From a virus (taxonomy: Duplodnaviria; Heunggongvirae; Uroviricota; Caudoviricetes), in IMG/VR virus record IMGVR_UViG_3300032257_000002, positions 64,001 through 103,505 of that record: a stretch of DNA of 39,505 bases, one strand, 5' to 3'. Made by a program: the position numbers and the translations under genes. The notes below the pieces were generated by a model. The model was not told the origin of the DNA, did no database searches, and worked only from the letters and a program-made list of their open reading frames with translations. Positions within the stretch are counted from its first letter, which is position 1; the number at the start of each line of letters is the position of its first letter. Shown here one piece after another: positions 8,223 through 17,637 of the stretch.

Positions 8223-9992
8223 TTACTGACATGATAAACAGCCTTCATCAAATGGATTAGATCCAGATACGTCAATGGCTTTACGATCTAGTGCCGCAGT
8301 AGTTGCCCTAGTTGGGTTAGTACTTCGTAGATAGTAGAGGGATTTCAAACCTTGTTTCCATGCAAAGATGTGTAGGTCACTGATATACTGTACTTCACTA
8401 TTTCCGACTATGAATAGGTTCAGAGACTGACCTTGATCGATATAAGGTGTACGGTCTCCAGCGTGTTCTAGAAGATAGCGCTGATCTAGTTCAAATGCTG
8501 TCTTGAATACGTCTTTAGCGTACTCATCCATCCAGTCTAAGTGTTGTACAGAACCGTCATACTTCTTAATAGATTCCCATTGCTGGTCGATCCAAGAAGA
8601 GTCAAGATTGTGTTCATCAGCGTAGCTTCGGATGAAATTTTTCAAGTGCTTGTTTTGAATAGCAAACGTACCTTGCTTTAGCTTTTTACTAAAAGCATTA
8701 GATATGAGTGGTTCGATACCACTGGAGGTTAAATTACATAGATTACTGATCGACATAGTCGGTGCAATAGCTAGTGTAACGATGTTACGGCGCTGTGTGC
8801 CTAAGCGAGCTGATAATGGGCAGGGTTTTAAGTTCTGCTGATGTTTGTCAGATGCTTCACGAATAGCTTTGAATATACGGATGTTGGTTGATTTAGCCAT
8901 AGGAGATTCCCAAGCGATATGATGACGTTGTAAGTAGGAATGATATCCCATAACGCCAAGACCAATAGCACGTTCTTCAATTGCTGCATTGCGAGCATTC
9001 TGAAAGCCGGGTTTGTTTTCTGTTCGATCGATAAAGTCTTGTAAGACGTTGTCTAGGAAGTCGGTACAGTCAGCTACTACTTGTTGTAAGTCAGCAGAGT
9101 ACTCGTCCCAGTATTCTAGGTTCAATGAAGCTAGACAGCATACATTCGTTTTGTTAGAGTTGGTGTTTAGCATGATCTCTGTACATAAGTTCGATAGTTT
9201 GATATCGTAATTAGCTAGATCATATTCTGCAGGATTTTGGCGATTAGCGGCATCCTTAAAGAATAAGTATGGTTCACCGGTTTGTGAGCGAAGTTCTAAG
9301 ATCTGTGCCCATAACTTACGAGCTGCAATAGTCTTTACAACTTTATTAGTTTTCGGTGAGACGAGGTTCCAGTGAGTTCCATCGACTACAGCTCTCATAA
9401 AGTCATCTGAGATAGACACTCCGTGGTGAAGAGACTGGTCTCTACGATTCTGATCGCCTGTAGGTTTACGGATATCAATGAATTCGACAATTTCGGGGTG
9501 TGATATCTCGAGGTAGTCGGCTTGTGACATACGACGTACGCCGCCTTGGCTGACAGCTCTAGATAAAGCACCATCAACACACATAAAAGGAATAACTCCG
9601 CTAGAGGTTCCGATTTGATCGATGTCGGCACCTAGTTCGCGTACAGCAGACCAAGAACGTCCGATTCCGCCAGCTCCAGAACCTAACCAGCAAGATTCTG
9701 ACCAGGCGTTGAAGATACCTTCTTTTGAGTCTTCTACGTCTCCTACATAGCAAGAGATGGGAAGACCTCGAGAAGTTCCTCCATTAGAGGATACAGGAGT
9801 AGATGGATGGAACCAATAGTTTTTAATATATGTTGATATGCGGGTTGCATGGGCAGAGTCATTACTGTAAGCTGTTGCTATACGGTTTACCCAAGAGTCA
9901 TAATCTTCACCTTTTATGAAATAAGTTTCCTGATACATATATTGTGAGATTTGAGGTAGGCCATTCCAAGAACGTCCTTGAATTTGTTGCAT
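8223..9992 (-). CDS. nrdA: Class I ribonucleotide reductase alpha subunit (no ATP cone)
   Basis: LPISCY, SNLCTEI, IAPT, SLYYLRS, C-terminal CLSC. Confidence 0.95.
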   Translation of the reverse strand: MQQIQGRSWNGLPQISQYMYQETYFIKGEDYDSWVNRIATAYSNDSAHATRISTYIKNYWFHPSTPVSSNGGTSRGLPISCYVGDVEDSKEGIFNAWSESCWLGSGAGGIGRSWSAVRELGADIDQIGTSSGVIPFMCVDGALSRAVSQGGVRRMSQADYLEISHPEIVEFIDIRKPTGDQNRRDQSLHHGVSISDDFMRAVVDGTHWNLVSPKTNKVVKTIAARKLWAQILELRSQTGEPYLFFKDAANRQNPAEYDLANYDIKLSNLCTEIMLNTNSNKTNVCCLASLNLEYWDEYSADLQQVVADCTDFLDNVLQDFIDRTENKPGFQNARNAAIEERAIGLGVMGYHSYLQRHHIAWESPMAKSTNIRIFKAIREASDKHQQNLKPCPLSARLGTQRRNIVTLAIAPTMSISNLCNLTSSGIEPLISNAFSKKLKQGTFAIQNKHLKNFIRSYADEHNLDSSWIDQQWESIKKYDGSVQHLDWMDEYAKDVFKTAFELDQRYLLEHAGDRTPYIDQGQSLNLFIVGNSEVQYISDLHIFAWKQGLKSLYYLRSTNPTRATTAALDRKAIDVSGSNPFDEGCLSCQ

Positions 9993-9993
9993 A

Positions 9994-10398
9994 TTATTCC
10001 TTTGGTTTAAGAGTGATTTCTACTCTAGGGTTGATTTTATCTTGTTTAGCTACTTCCCAACTAGATGAGATGTGATATTTAACAGAATCCTGTTCAACGA
10101 TATCGATGTCTTGTATAAAATCTAAGAAGATTTTTTCAGACAGTGCGATGATATTTGATGCATCACAGCTCGGATTTTTGTAGTATAGGGTGTAGTGAAC
10201 AACATATTGACCTATAATTTTATCATAAGGACCATTAAAAGAATCTTTAAGATGTTGCTCAAGATCTTTCTTCAGTTGGTTTTTTGCATGATAGTGAGCA
10301 TTACGGTAGAAATTCATACCTACCAAACTAGTTTTATCTGGTTTGGTTTTATAGGTCTGGGTCCAGTATATAGGTAGTTCGAAGTTAAGCGCTAACAC
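9994..10398 (-). CDS. RusA-like endonuclease / Holliday junction resolvase; start uncertain
   Basis: MNFYRNAH, DASNI..K.FLD...D.V..DS pattern; the ORF-track start overlaps HU, GTG 10398 is more plausible. Confidence 0.5.
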   Translation of the reverse strand: MLALNFELPIYWTQTYKTKPDKTSLVGMNFYRNAHYHAKNQLKKDLEQHLKDSFNGPYDKIIGQYVVHYTLYYKNPSCDASNIIALSEKIFLDFIQDIDIVEQDSVKYHISSSWEVAKQDKINPRVEITLKPKE

Positions 10399-10636
10399 TG
10401 TCTTTGAATGCCTTTGCAGGACGGAATTTTGGTGTGTTAACTCCGTTGGAGCGTGTGAAGCTTTCAAATTTTCCAAAACCTGGAATAACGACCTCATTGC
10501 CGGCGACTACGTGACTAGATATTTTATCGAAGAAGAATTCTACGAAGTCAGTGATTTGTGCTTTACTGGCATCTGCGAATACATCATGAAGCATGATCTC
10601 TTCAACAAGTGCGGGTTTATTAATACGTTGTGACAT
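10385..10636 (-). CDS. hup: HU-like DNA-binding protein
   Basis: GNEVVIPGFGKFE and PKFRPAKAFKDSV; short arm. Confidence 0.9.
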   Translation of the reverse strand: MSQRINKPALVEEIMLHDVFADASKAQITDFVEFFFDKISSHVVAGNEVVIPGFGKFESFTRSNGVNTPKFRPAKAFKDSVSA

Positions 10637-10802
10637 TAAAGTCCTTTAAGAGTGGATTGGGTGATGAACACCAGCGAACAGACTTTCGCAACAAGTCTGC
10701 TCAAGGAATACACCAATGTTTGAGGCATGGGCTTACATCATTCTACTTTAAACGTATCTCCGCGGTGAGGCAGAACAGAAGGTAGAGAACGAATGCCATT
10801 GA
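10637..10802 (-). ncRNA. Structured intergenic segment, candidate leader or small RNA
   Basis: Only long non-coding gap in the area; 10-bp stem GAGCAGACUU/AAGUCUGUUC plus CUCAA/UUGAG, GGUG/CACC and GGCAU/AUGCC pairings. Confidence 0.3.
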
Positions 10803-11051
10803 TTAGATGAATAGTTCAGGATAGCAATCCGCTATCATTTCTAGGACCTGTTCAGAAGTAACCTTGTCTTCTGTAAGTGCGAGTGAGTAAGCTTCAGGTA
10901 CACCTGCTACAAATAATGCAATAATGTGTTGACAAGATTCTATATCATAGAAAGTACTAGCGGTAAAGTGTAAGCCTGTTCGTACATTAAGTATACGAGC
11001 AACTTGATTAAGTAGTGCGCTCTGTGAAAGTTGTAAGTCGATATGTGCCAT
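10803..11051 (-). CDS. Hypothetical protein, tag YPELFI
   Basis: ORF with AGGA RBS and terminal tag. Confidence 0.8.
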   Translation of the reverse strand: MAHIDLQLSQSALLNQVARILNVRTGLHFTASTFYDIESCQHIIALFVAGVPEAYSLALTEDKVTSEQVLEMIADCYPELFI

Positions 11052-11059
11052 AATAATCC

Positions 11060-11626
11060 TTAGTGTTTAACGAACTGCGGAGTCTGAGTAGCTGCCTGCG
11101 AAGTCCAGCAGTAATCGCAGTCGATCCCGCATTGTTTTGTCTTGTCAAGTGTAGATGGGCAGATAAATCGTGACGGATCTAGATTAGCTAGTTTGTCGTA
11201 ATTCAGTCCACCGGATTGCAGTGAGTCGATGAGTGTGAAGTTCGGAAGGGCTTGTAAACTAGTGAAGTCAAAGTCTTTCAGTCGTTTTGTAAAGGCGTAG
11301 AACTTAATAGATGGTAATGTGCTGGCTATTGCTGTCCATGACTCTATGTATGACTGCGAATAAAATTCTCCAGAAGCATGAAGTCGGATTGCTTTAAATG
11401 GTTTTCTAATAGCTTTTATTTCTTTTACCATATTAGGTATAAAATCAGTTTGTTTGGACGCCTCATACCGCGCGTTTCTTGCCGGTATTACTGAAGTAGG
11501 AAATCGTTTTTGTTCACGTAGGCTGTAGCACCCGGGACACTCTCTTCCACATACTTCTTTTGATGTGATAATATTAAACATATATTGGTTATGTAGTTTC
11601 TGGTTTCCTGGTTGTAGTAGTTTCAT
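11060..11626 (-). CDS. Gp88-like protein with CxxxCxxC motif (radical-SAM-like)
   Basis: VCGRECPGCY, IRLHASGEFYS, FYAFTK; start lies inside the endonuclease 3-prime end with its own AGGA RBS. Confidence 0.75.
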   Translation of the reverse strand: MKLLQPGNQKLHNQYMFNIITSKEVCGRECPGCYSLREQKRFPTSVIPARNARYEASKQTDFIPNMVKEIKAIRKPFKAIRLHASGEFYSQSYIESWTAIASTLPSIKFYAFTKRLKDFDFTSLQALPNFTLIDSLQSGGLNYDKLANLDPSRFICPSTLDKTKQCGIDCDYCWTSQAATQTPQFVKH

Positions 11627-12317
11627 TGTCTAATCCTAGTATGTCTATTATAAAGAGTTCGGTATTACCACTTGAAAGTAAGGCAGGACCTTGGTATTTA
11701 TACTCTTTGTATTGCCGCAATATCCGAGTCTCCTCTTCCAGTGCACCTAATCCTTCTGTGTATTTCCAGACTTTAAGGATTGTTATTGTTTTCAAATCGG
11801 CTACTAGAAATCTTTCCTCCACAGAACGATTAGTTATACCTATCTTGTAAGCTTGTCCGTTATTGATTGATATATAGTATAAGTATCCAGGTAGTTGTGT
11901 TTTAAACCCACCATCATACAGTTGACACTTTCCGCATCCATGCCCTTTTAAATGGTGATTTGGGGTTTGTGTAAACTTTCCATGTTCTGGGCAGACAATA
12001 GTAATTTTTGTGTGAATGTTTTTATATACCACATTACTATAATTATACTTATTTTTATGTGTTATGGAGGCAGTTTCTATAAAGTCTTCTTGAGCGGTAG
12101 AAAATTTAGCGGCCAGTTTATCATACTGACATTGTCGACAGCCTCTTCCTTTATTCTGTAAGTGGTTATTAGGGGTTTGTTGAAATTCCCCATGAGTAGG
12201 GCAAGTAATTACTACTTTTGTGCGATTATTTTTATAGACTGTGTTATTATAGGTATAAAAATTATTATGTAGTAGTTGGGCTTCTTTTATAAATTCTGCT
12301 GTTGTTTTCTTTTTCAT
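11589..12317 (-). CDS. Free-standing putative homing endonuclease (CxxC repeats plus T5orf172/GIY-YIG-like C-terminus)
   Basis: Two ITCPxHG.F.QTP..HL..GC..C repeats; YLYYI..YKIGIT..R..GNTELF. Confidence 0.8.
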   Translation of the reverse strand: MKKKTTAEFIKEAQLLHNNFYTYNNTVYKNNRTKVVITCPTHGEFQQTPNNHLQNKGRGCRQCQYDKLAAKFSTAQEDFIETASITHKNKYNYSNVVYKNIHTKITIVCPEHGKFTQTPNHHLKGHGCGKCQLYDGGFKTQLPGYLYYISINNGQAYKIGITNRSVEERFLVADLKTITILKVWKYTEGLGALEEETRILRQYKEYKYQGPALLSSGNTELFIIDILGLDNETTTTRKPETT

Positions 12318-12333
12318 GTAAAACCTTTACTGC

Positions 12334-12356
12334 ATAATACCCTACACTACGTTAAA
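12334..12356 (-). promoter_or_regulatory. TTTAAC-N11-TATTAT promoter variant
   Basis: 17 nt upstream of ATG 12317, N11 spacing. Confidence 0.55.
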
Positions 12357-12362
12357 ATCAGC

Positions 12363-12452
12363 TTAACTGCATACAGCTTTGCCTGCTGGGATAGAGAAGA
12401 TTAGCTGGTGTTTAAGTTTGCCGTTTTCGTATTTCAGTAGTTTTTCAGTCAT
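12363..12452 (-). pseudogene. Stranded original N-terminus of the Gp88-like gene (MTEKLLKYENGKLKHQLIFSIPAGKAVCS*)
   Basis: 12/25 identical, ungapped, to the N-terminus of 11060..11626; starts by ATGA overlap with the upstream gene. Confidence 0.85.
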
Positions 12453-12772
12453 ATCAAGACCTCCGGGTAGTTAGTTTGTAAGTATTTATAGAATGATGGG
12501 TGTGAATCCTGTATACGTTGTGTAGGTGTAGCTTGCATGTAGAAGTCGTGTCTGTCGAAGTACACCTCTAGCCATTCTAGAAATGCAGGAGTGCATTGTA
12601 AAGGCTCATCTAATATAAAGACTTTATTGCGGGTTAATGAAATCTCGCAAATAAGAGCTTGTCTATCTATATACGTACAGTCTACGTAACACCCATTCAG
12701 TTTATCTGCTAACTCCTTTAAGTAGGTAGTTTTTCCAGAAGATCGTGGGCGTAGCATAAATTCTTTAATCAT
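12449..12772 (-). CDS. Small P-loop-like protein, tag YPEVLI
   Basis: RPRSSGKTT Walker A-like, FILDEP Walker B-like. Confidence 0.75.
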   Translation of the reverse strand: MIKEFMLRPRSSGKTTYLKELADKLNGCYVDCTYIDRQALICEISLTRNKVFILDEPLQCTPAFLEWLEVYFDRHDFYMQATPTQRIQDSHPSFYKYLQTNYPEVLI

Positions 12773-13014
12773 ATGTATAACTCCGGGTAGTGGATTTTAA
12801 ATTCCTGTTCATCGAAAATAAGGTCACGTACATAGTAGTATCTGTCATCATCACGTTCTTTGTAGCTAATAACTTCAAGCTGTAGTTTGCTGTAGTCGAT
12901 TGCAGGATAAGTTTCTTCTATATAGGCTTCTATATGATGATGTAGATCACTAGTAGATACACTGCTGTGTAGTCCTGCAAGAAGATCGTAAAGCTCAGAA
13001 CGAATTAATGTCAT
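12769..13014 (-). CDS. Hypothetical protein, tag YPELYI
   Basis: ATGA-coupled ORF with terminal tag. Confidence 0.8.
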   Translation of the reverse strand: MTLIRSELYDLLAGLHSSVSTSDLHHHIEAYIEETYPAIDYSKLQLEVISYKERDDDRYYYVRDLIFDEQEFKIHYPELYI

Positions 13015-13211
13015 ATTAAGTACTCCGGATATTGATGTTTAAATTCTTGCAAGCGTTTATAAGCTACGCAAAATGATCGTTGACACTTGCGTTGATCCTT
13101 TCTGTAACCTCTCTCTATTTCGTTGTGGTTATACGCATAGACATAACTATACCAATAGTCGTAGTCCATAGCGAGAAGATAAAGTTTATCGTCAAATTCT
13201 TTTTTAGTCAT
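13011..13211 (-). CDS. Hypothetical protein, tag YPEYLI
   Basis: ATGA-coupled ORF with terminal tag. Confidence 0.8.
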   Translation of the reverse strand: MTKKEFDDKLYLLAMDYDYWYSYVYAYNHNEIERGYRKDQRKCQRSFCVAYKRLQEFKHQYPEYLI

Positions 13212-13429
13212 ATTAGCAGTTCTGGGTAGTACTTAGCGATCAACTTATCTAGTAACTCTAGTTTTTGGACTAGCTCCTTACCAGTAATCTGATAGGAGTC
13301 TATGCTAACGGTCGTGTCTGCATGTATAGTTATAGACGCAAATAATGAAGTATCGGAGAGACTACTATTAGTAATATAGCTGTTCTGCACAGTACAAGTA
13401 TTTAAAGTAGTTGATGTCAGTTGATTCAT
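13208..13429 (-). CDS. Hypothetical protein, tag YPELLI
   Basis: ATGA-coupled ORF with terminal tag. Confidence 0.8.
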   Translation of the reverse strand: MNQLTSTTLNTCTVQNSYITNSSLSDTSLFASITIHADTTVSIDSYQITGKELVQKLELLDKLIAKYYPELLI

Positions 13430-13632
13430 ATGTAAACCTCCGGATAATGTTGTTTAACAAGCTCAATAACAGTTGATAATGGTAAACCGCCGAAGTGTTC
13501 CTTGCACAAGTCCCGTTCATTCGTTTGTTTTATTCGGCGTTGCACTTCGTCACAAATATGCGCTTCGGCCTTATAATAACCATCAGCTAAGGCAAACTGA
13601 CTTTCCGAGTATGTTGTAGGGTTAAGTGTCAT
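13426..13632 (-). CDS. Hypothetical protein, tag YPEVYI
   Basis: ORF overlapping the pol stop, with terminal tag. Confidence 0.8.
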   Translation of the reverse strand: MTLNPTTYSESQFALADGYYKAEAHICDEVQRRIKQTNERDLCKEHFGGLPLSTVIELVKQHYPEVYI

Positions 13633-15445
13633 ATAAATCCTTCAGTACTTCGTTGATTTGCGTGGTAGTCGCATTAGCAGGAATAGCTTTTAGAGTAGCC
13701 CAATCAGGACCGATCTCCGATTCTGCGTCGTTGTGAACCGTTTGATCAGGCATAAAGTCTTTCGACATTACAGGTATGAGACGATCGTTCACCCATTTAA
13801 TAATTTCCGGATCTTTGTCTATCTCAAAGTAAATTGAGTCGTAAATAGTAGATACTATCTTGACTGAGTCTTGTAGACCTGCGTCGTCAATATATTGGTG
13901 CATCTTATTAATAGCGATTGCTGTAAGTATGGACCAGAACTGCACTGTTGCATTGGCTAAGGTTCGGATGTCGCGATTCGGATCATCTGATTTAAGATAG
14001 AAACCTAAACCTAGATGAATTCTACCATGTTCCTGAACTGTAGGTAGAACGTAATTTTCTCTGTAGTTCGTTATGTCTGGGTATAGGACATTGTGGTAAT
14101 TGTTAAAGATAGCTTCGGCAGCCGGTAGTGAGATCTTCAGTGAGCGAGATACCTTTGGTGGGTATGCGCCGTAGGATAATCCGAATGTAGCGGGTTTGCC
14201 TTTCTGTCGGATAGCATCTAAGGCTGGAAGATCAGCTCGAAGTTTGTCGAACTCTTTGACGTCGGTAACTGTGTTACCTGTAATTGGCATAAGAGCAGCT
14301 ATTTCTTCAGGGAAGTATCCATAAGCGTTCAGACAGTGTCCATCTAAACCTTCGAGGAATACGTTGCATTTGTTGGTGTCTCTGGTCAGAGAGGCAATAA
14401 CACGGTCTTCTAGAGCAGAATAGTCGGCTGTTAGAATGATCTTGCCTTCTGGTGCTTTGAAACAACGCTTGATAGGTTTAGCGAATATGGACTTTGTTGA
14501 AGGCATATTTAGTAGATTTGGGTTCTGCGATGTATAGCGAGCAGACTTAGCACCTAGAAGCTTTAATGTGCCGTATAGGCGGTTGTCTATAGAGTATCTG
14601 TAGAAAGCTTCAATGAAGTTGTTACGGACAATAGCAGCAAAGGAATGGTCTATGAAAGACTGTGTGAAGTCTTTGATGTTGTCATCTAGTGTTTCCTTGT
14701 GTATCCGCTCTATCTCATCACGATCGAAACTAGGTAAGCCAGTATCCTTTGAAGTTTTTTCAGATTCGACATTTAGCCAAGCGAATAGTTCTTGCTTCTG
14801 TTTACTGGAAGCTGGGTTGAACTCTGGCATCTCTAAGTCAGGAGACTTGATCTGTGATAGAAACTTCTCGTTATACATTGCTGACTTGTGATCGGCTATT
14901 AGTTGAGTAGCCTCGTCAAACAGTGTGTGCTTTGTAAGTTTGCCGAGTAAGAACTGCTGTAAGAATGGACGAGTTTTAGCAAAGGTCTTCACTAGGTTAG
15001 CTGGCCACTTGGATATTCCTGGAGATACTTCTTCGGCAGGTAGTGGAATACCTTGCTGGGTAGCGTATAGATGCATGAAGTAACTACGATGGACCATATT
15101 AGAGTAGTCAAAAGGTTTTAGGTAGTACGAAGAATCGCGTAGTTTTGTTTTGCGTTCAGCGATAAAATCTTTCGTAAGTCTATGATGCTGTAATTTCTGA
15201 AATTCGGAGATTAGTGGATTTGCTGCTAAACGAGCTTTGACGTCTAGTAATTGTTCGTTGAGCGTTTCCTCTAGTTCAAACACACGATCCATGTCAATGG
15301 ATAGTCCGTTATTCATTATGCGTACAGTGTCTTTGATCAAGTGTTTAGCTGTGTTATCATAGAATTCGCCTAATGGTGGGCTAACTGTTTTCGGTTCGAG
15401 AGCTGGAAGCTGGTCCCAAGGTGAGTAGTGCTGGTTGGTATCCAT
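13622..15445 (-). CDS. polA: Family A DNA polymerase, polymerase domain only
   Basis: SARYTSQNPNLLNMP, motif A ADYSALE, motif B RQKGKPATFGLSYG, motif C TIYDS; no exonuclease motifs. Confidence 0.92.
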   Translation of the reverse strand: MDTNQHYSPWDQLPALEPKTVSPPLGEFYDNTAKHLIKDTVRIMNNGLSIDMDRVFELEETLNEQLLDVKARLAANPLISEFQKLQHHRLTKDFIAERKTKLRDSSYYLKPFDYSNMVHRSYFMHLYATQQGIPLPAEEVSPGISKWPANLVKTFAKTRPFLQQFLLGKLTKHTLFDEATQLIADHKSAMYNEKFLSQIKSPDLEMPEFNPASSKQKQELFAWLNVESEKTSKDTGLPSFDRDEIERIHKETLDDNIKDFTQSFIDHSFAAIVRNNFIEAFYRYSIDNRLYGTLKLLGAKSARYTSQNPNLLNMPSTKSIFAKPIKRCFKAPEGKIILTADYSALEDRVIASLTRDTNKCNVFLEGLDGHCLNAYGYFPEEIAALMPITGNTVTDVKEFDKLRADLPALDAIRQKGKPATFGLSYGAYPPKVSRSLKISLPAAEAIFNNYHNVLYPDITNYRENYVLPTVQEHGRIHLGLGFYLKSDDPNRDIRTLANATVQFWSILTAIAINKMHQYIDDAGLQDSVKIVSTIYDSIYFEIDKDPEIIKWVNDRLIPVMSKDFMPDQTVHNDAESEIGPDWATLKAIPANATTTQINEVLKDLYDT

Positions 15446-15454
15446 GAAGCTCCT

Positions 15455-15739
15455 TTATATAAATAGTTCTGGGAATTCGGCTTGTAACTCTTTGATAGTA
15501 GGTAGTTTATCGAGCTTTTTAATTAATGTGGCATCAGTAGCTCGTATACTATCTGGTGAACAACCTGAATGATATAAACCAGCGCTAATACACGTCTCAC
15601 TGTCCTCTCGTATAGGTAACGATATAAAATGCAAAAAGCCATCATTATCTACAGTTCCTGGAAAAATTATCCAATGACGATATTCATCATCATTAGACGA
15701 AACTCCGTCTAAGTATAACCCTGGTTCAGGTAAGTACAT
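15455..15739 (-). CDS. Hypothetical protein, tag FPELFI
   Basis: GGAG RBS, terminal tag. Confidence 0.8.
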   Translation of the reverse strand: MYLPEPGLYLDGVSSNDDEYRHWIIFPGTVDNDGFLHFISLPIREDSETCISAGLYHSGCSPDSIRATDATLIKKLDKLPTIKELQAEFPELFI

Positions 15740-15747
15740 AATAACTC

Positions 15748-17163
15748 CTATAGGTATTGAGCGTTATTCAACGCTTTAGCTGCACGTGTACATGCTACGT
15801 AGTAAAGATTCAAGGATTCTAGTTCGTTAGGTTGTAACATTGTACAAGGATCGGTTTTGAGTAAGGCTAGTGGTTTGCTGATGGACTCATTCAAGTCAGA
15901 TGCAATGGTGACTTCGTCGAATTCTAGACCTTTGCAGGAATGTGCAGTGGTTAGTATGTAAGATTGATCAGAGCGCTCATGATTACGAGCTTCTTTATAA
16001 GCTTGCATAATAGCAGGGACTCCGTGCATACCTATAAGACGAACAGCTTGCTGTAGAGTGAAGTCGTCTTCGTGGACTTTTGCGATGTAGCGAAGTACTG
16101 TTTTGTATTCACGTTGTAAGCTAGTGGTCTCATACCAGCGATCTACATCTGATTGAAGATGCTTGTAAGCTGCATCTGTAATGAAGCCTTTATGTTTGAG
16201 TCCGATTAACATTAGAGGCATCTTAAAAATCTCCGTAGCTTTGCGAACTAGGCCATAGGGTTTATGAGCTGTGTTGAGCTCGATCATCTTTGAGATAAGT
16301 GCACTATTCGTTCGGGTTATATAGGCCTGTGATCGGATGGTAGAATCAGTCATAGGAATACCTAGGAAAGACATCTTCGGATCAAGATAGGTCTGACAGA
16401 ACTTTTCAATACGAGTAGCTATAAAATCAGCAACTCTAAATGATTTCGACATTCGGAAAATAGTGCCTTCGTTTTGTAATACTTCGAAGCAATTGATAGT
16501 ATGATTGAAAGTGTAGATGTTCTGAAATGGATCACCAACAGCAATCTTACGTATAGCTGGTAGAAGACGAAAGATTTCTAGTGTGACTTCGTTGAGATCT
16601 CCGGCTTCATCTAGCATAAGGAAGTCAAATGGATCGTATTGTAATTCTTCGTTGGCTAACAAGATATGAAATAGTTTAAGATAGAACTCGTGAGTACAGT
16701 CGATCTTGCCGGATTGCATAGCTGCAAGGTATTTGTTAGCAAGTGGTGCAGAAACTGCTAGTTGACGATCAGCGATGAAGTCATCAAATGTAGTAAATTT
16801 CGATAAGCAGAACTCACGAATAGCGTTCACTAGATTCACTTTGTCTGTATAGTCCAGCCGTTCTTCGATATTTCGGTAATTGAAGATACCTAGTTTAAGC
16901 TTCATGGGTTTGACAGTGGCTTGATAAGCTAGTGAGTGAGTAGTGACACAATTAGTAGATTTCGGAAACTTGCGAGATGCTTCAGTGGCAATAGATTTAT
17001 TGTAGGCCAGATAACAGGCGTTGGTATGCGGTATGGTATTCGCTATACTAACTAGCATGGTTGTCTTGCCGGAGCCTGCTACAGAGTCGATAAGTGTAAG
17101 ACCTTTACCAGCGTCGCTAACGACATGGTTGAGAATGGTGGTTTGTTCGGGAGTGTGGTTCAT
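15748..17163 (-). CDS. Superfamily 1 (UvrD-like) DNA helicase
   Basis: VAGSGKTT, LDEAGD, VGDPFQNIY, TAHSCKGLEF, YVACTRA. Confidence 0.92.
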   Translation of the reverse strand: MNHTPEQTTILNHVVSDAGKGLTLIDSVAGSGKTTMLVSIANTIPHTNACYLAYNKSIATEASRKFPKSTNCVTTHSLAYQATVKPMKLKLGIFNYRNIEERLDYTDKVNLVNAIREFCLSKFTTFDDFIADRQLAVSAPLANKYLAAMQSGKIDCTHEFYLKLFHILLANEELQYDPFDFLMLDEAGDLNEVTLEIFRLLPAIRKIAVGDPFQNIYTFNHTINCFEVLQNEGTIFRMSKSFRVADFIATRIEKFCQTYLDPKMSFLGIPMTDSTIRSQAYITRTNSALISKMIELNTAHKPYGLVRKATEIFKMPLMLIGLKHKGFITDAAYKHLQSDVDRWYETTSLQREYKTVLRYIAKVHEDDFTLQQAVRLIGMHGVPAIMQAYKEARNHERSDQSYILTTAHSCKGLEFDEVTIASDLNESISKPLALLKTDPCTMLQPNELESLNLYYVACTRAAKALNNAQYL

Positions 17164-17627
17164 ATGAATAGCTCTGGGTAAGTGTCTATAATGGATTGAA
17201 TACTAGGTACCTTTTCCTGTTCAGCTATGAGTTGTTCAATAATTTTAGTGAACTCTTCATGTCGATTAGCGATCTGTTTTGAAAGCTCACTAACTTTAGC
17301 AGCGATGGCTAGCTCAGGTGTAGCGTATAATGACGAACTCCATGAACTAATGGATTTAAGGGATTTAAGGGAATGCTTTATTTTATTACTTCCGTTCCAT
17401 GAAGATACATACTTAGATTTAAGAGAGGCTTTAGTGTCGTAACTAGTTACAATACCGTCTTGAAGTGTGTAAGCTTTGCCGGTAGGTGTTATGGTTGTTT
17501 CCTTAGGACCATAACCTGAAGGTTTTTCTGAGATTTCGACTTCGTAAGTACGGATAGTTTTTCCGGTTACTTTACCAGTAGTGGATACGTAAACAGGTTC
17601 TACGAGATATGCGATTTGTTTTGCCAT
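17160..17627 (-). CDS. Hypothetical protein, tag YPELFI (start corrected to MAKQI)
   Basis: AAGGA RBS before ATG 17627. Confidence 0.8.
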   Translation of the reverse strand: MAKQIAYLVEPVYVSTTGKVTGKTIRTYEVEISEKPSGYGPKETTITPTGKAYTLQDGIVTSYDTKASLKSKYVSSWNGSNKIKHSLKSLKSISSWSSSLYATPELAIAAKVSELSKQIANRHEEFTKIIEQLIAEQEKVPSIQSIIDTYPELFI

Positions 17628-17637
17628 TAAGTTTCCT

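Noticed and set aside
10803-10823. Tag as a beta-clamp motif (QL[SD]LF) or SSB-tail mimic
   Set aside because: It lacks the Gln and the acidic stretch, and the invariant P-E is not part of either consensus; kept only as a remote option
11589-12452. Group I intron around the free-standing endonuclease (AGT|TAA junction, 4-bp P1-like hairpin)
   Set aside because: Only about 45 nt upstream and coding sequence downstream; no P3/P4/P7 elements; the target gene has its own RBS and start. The same applies at 33725-34821
8223-17163. Inteins in RNR alpha, Pol or helicase
   Set aside because: All are compact with contiguous motifs and no C...HN intein ends
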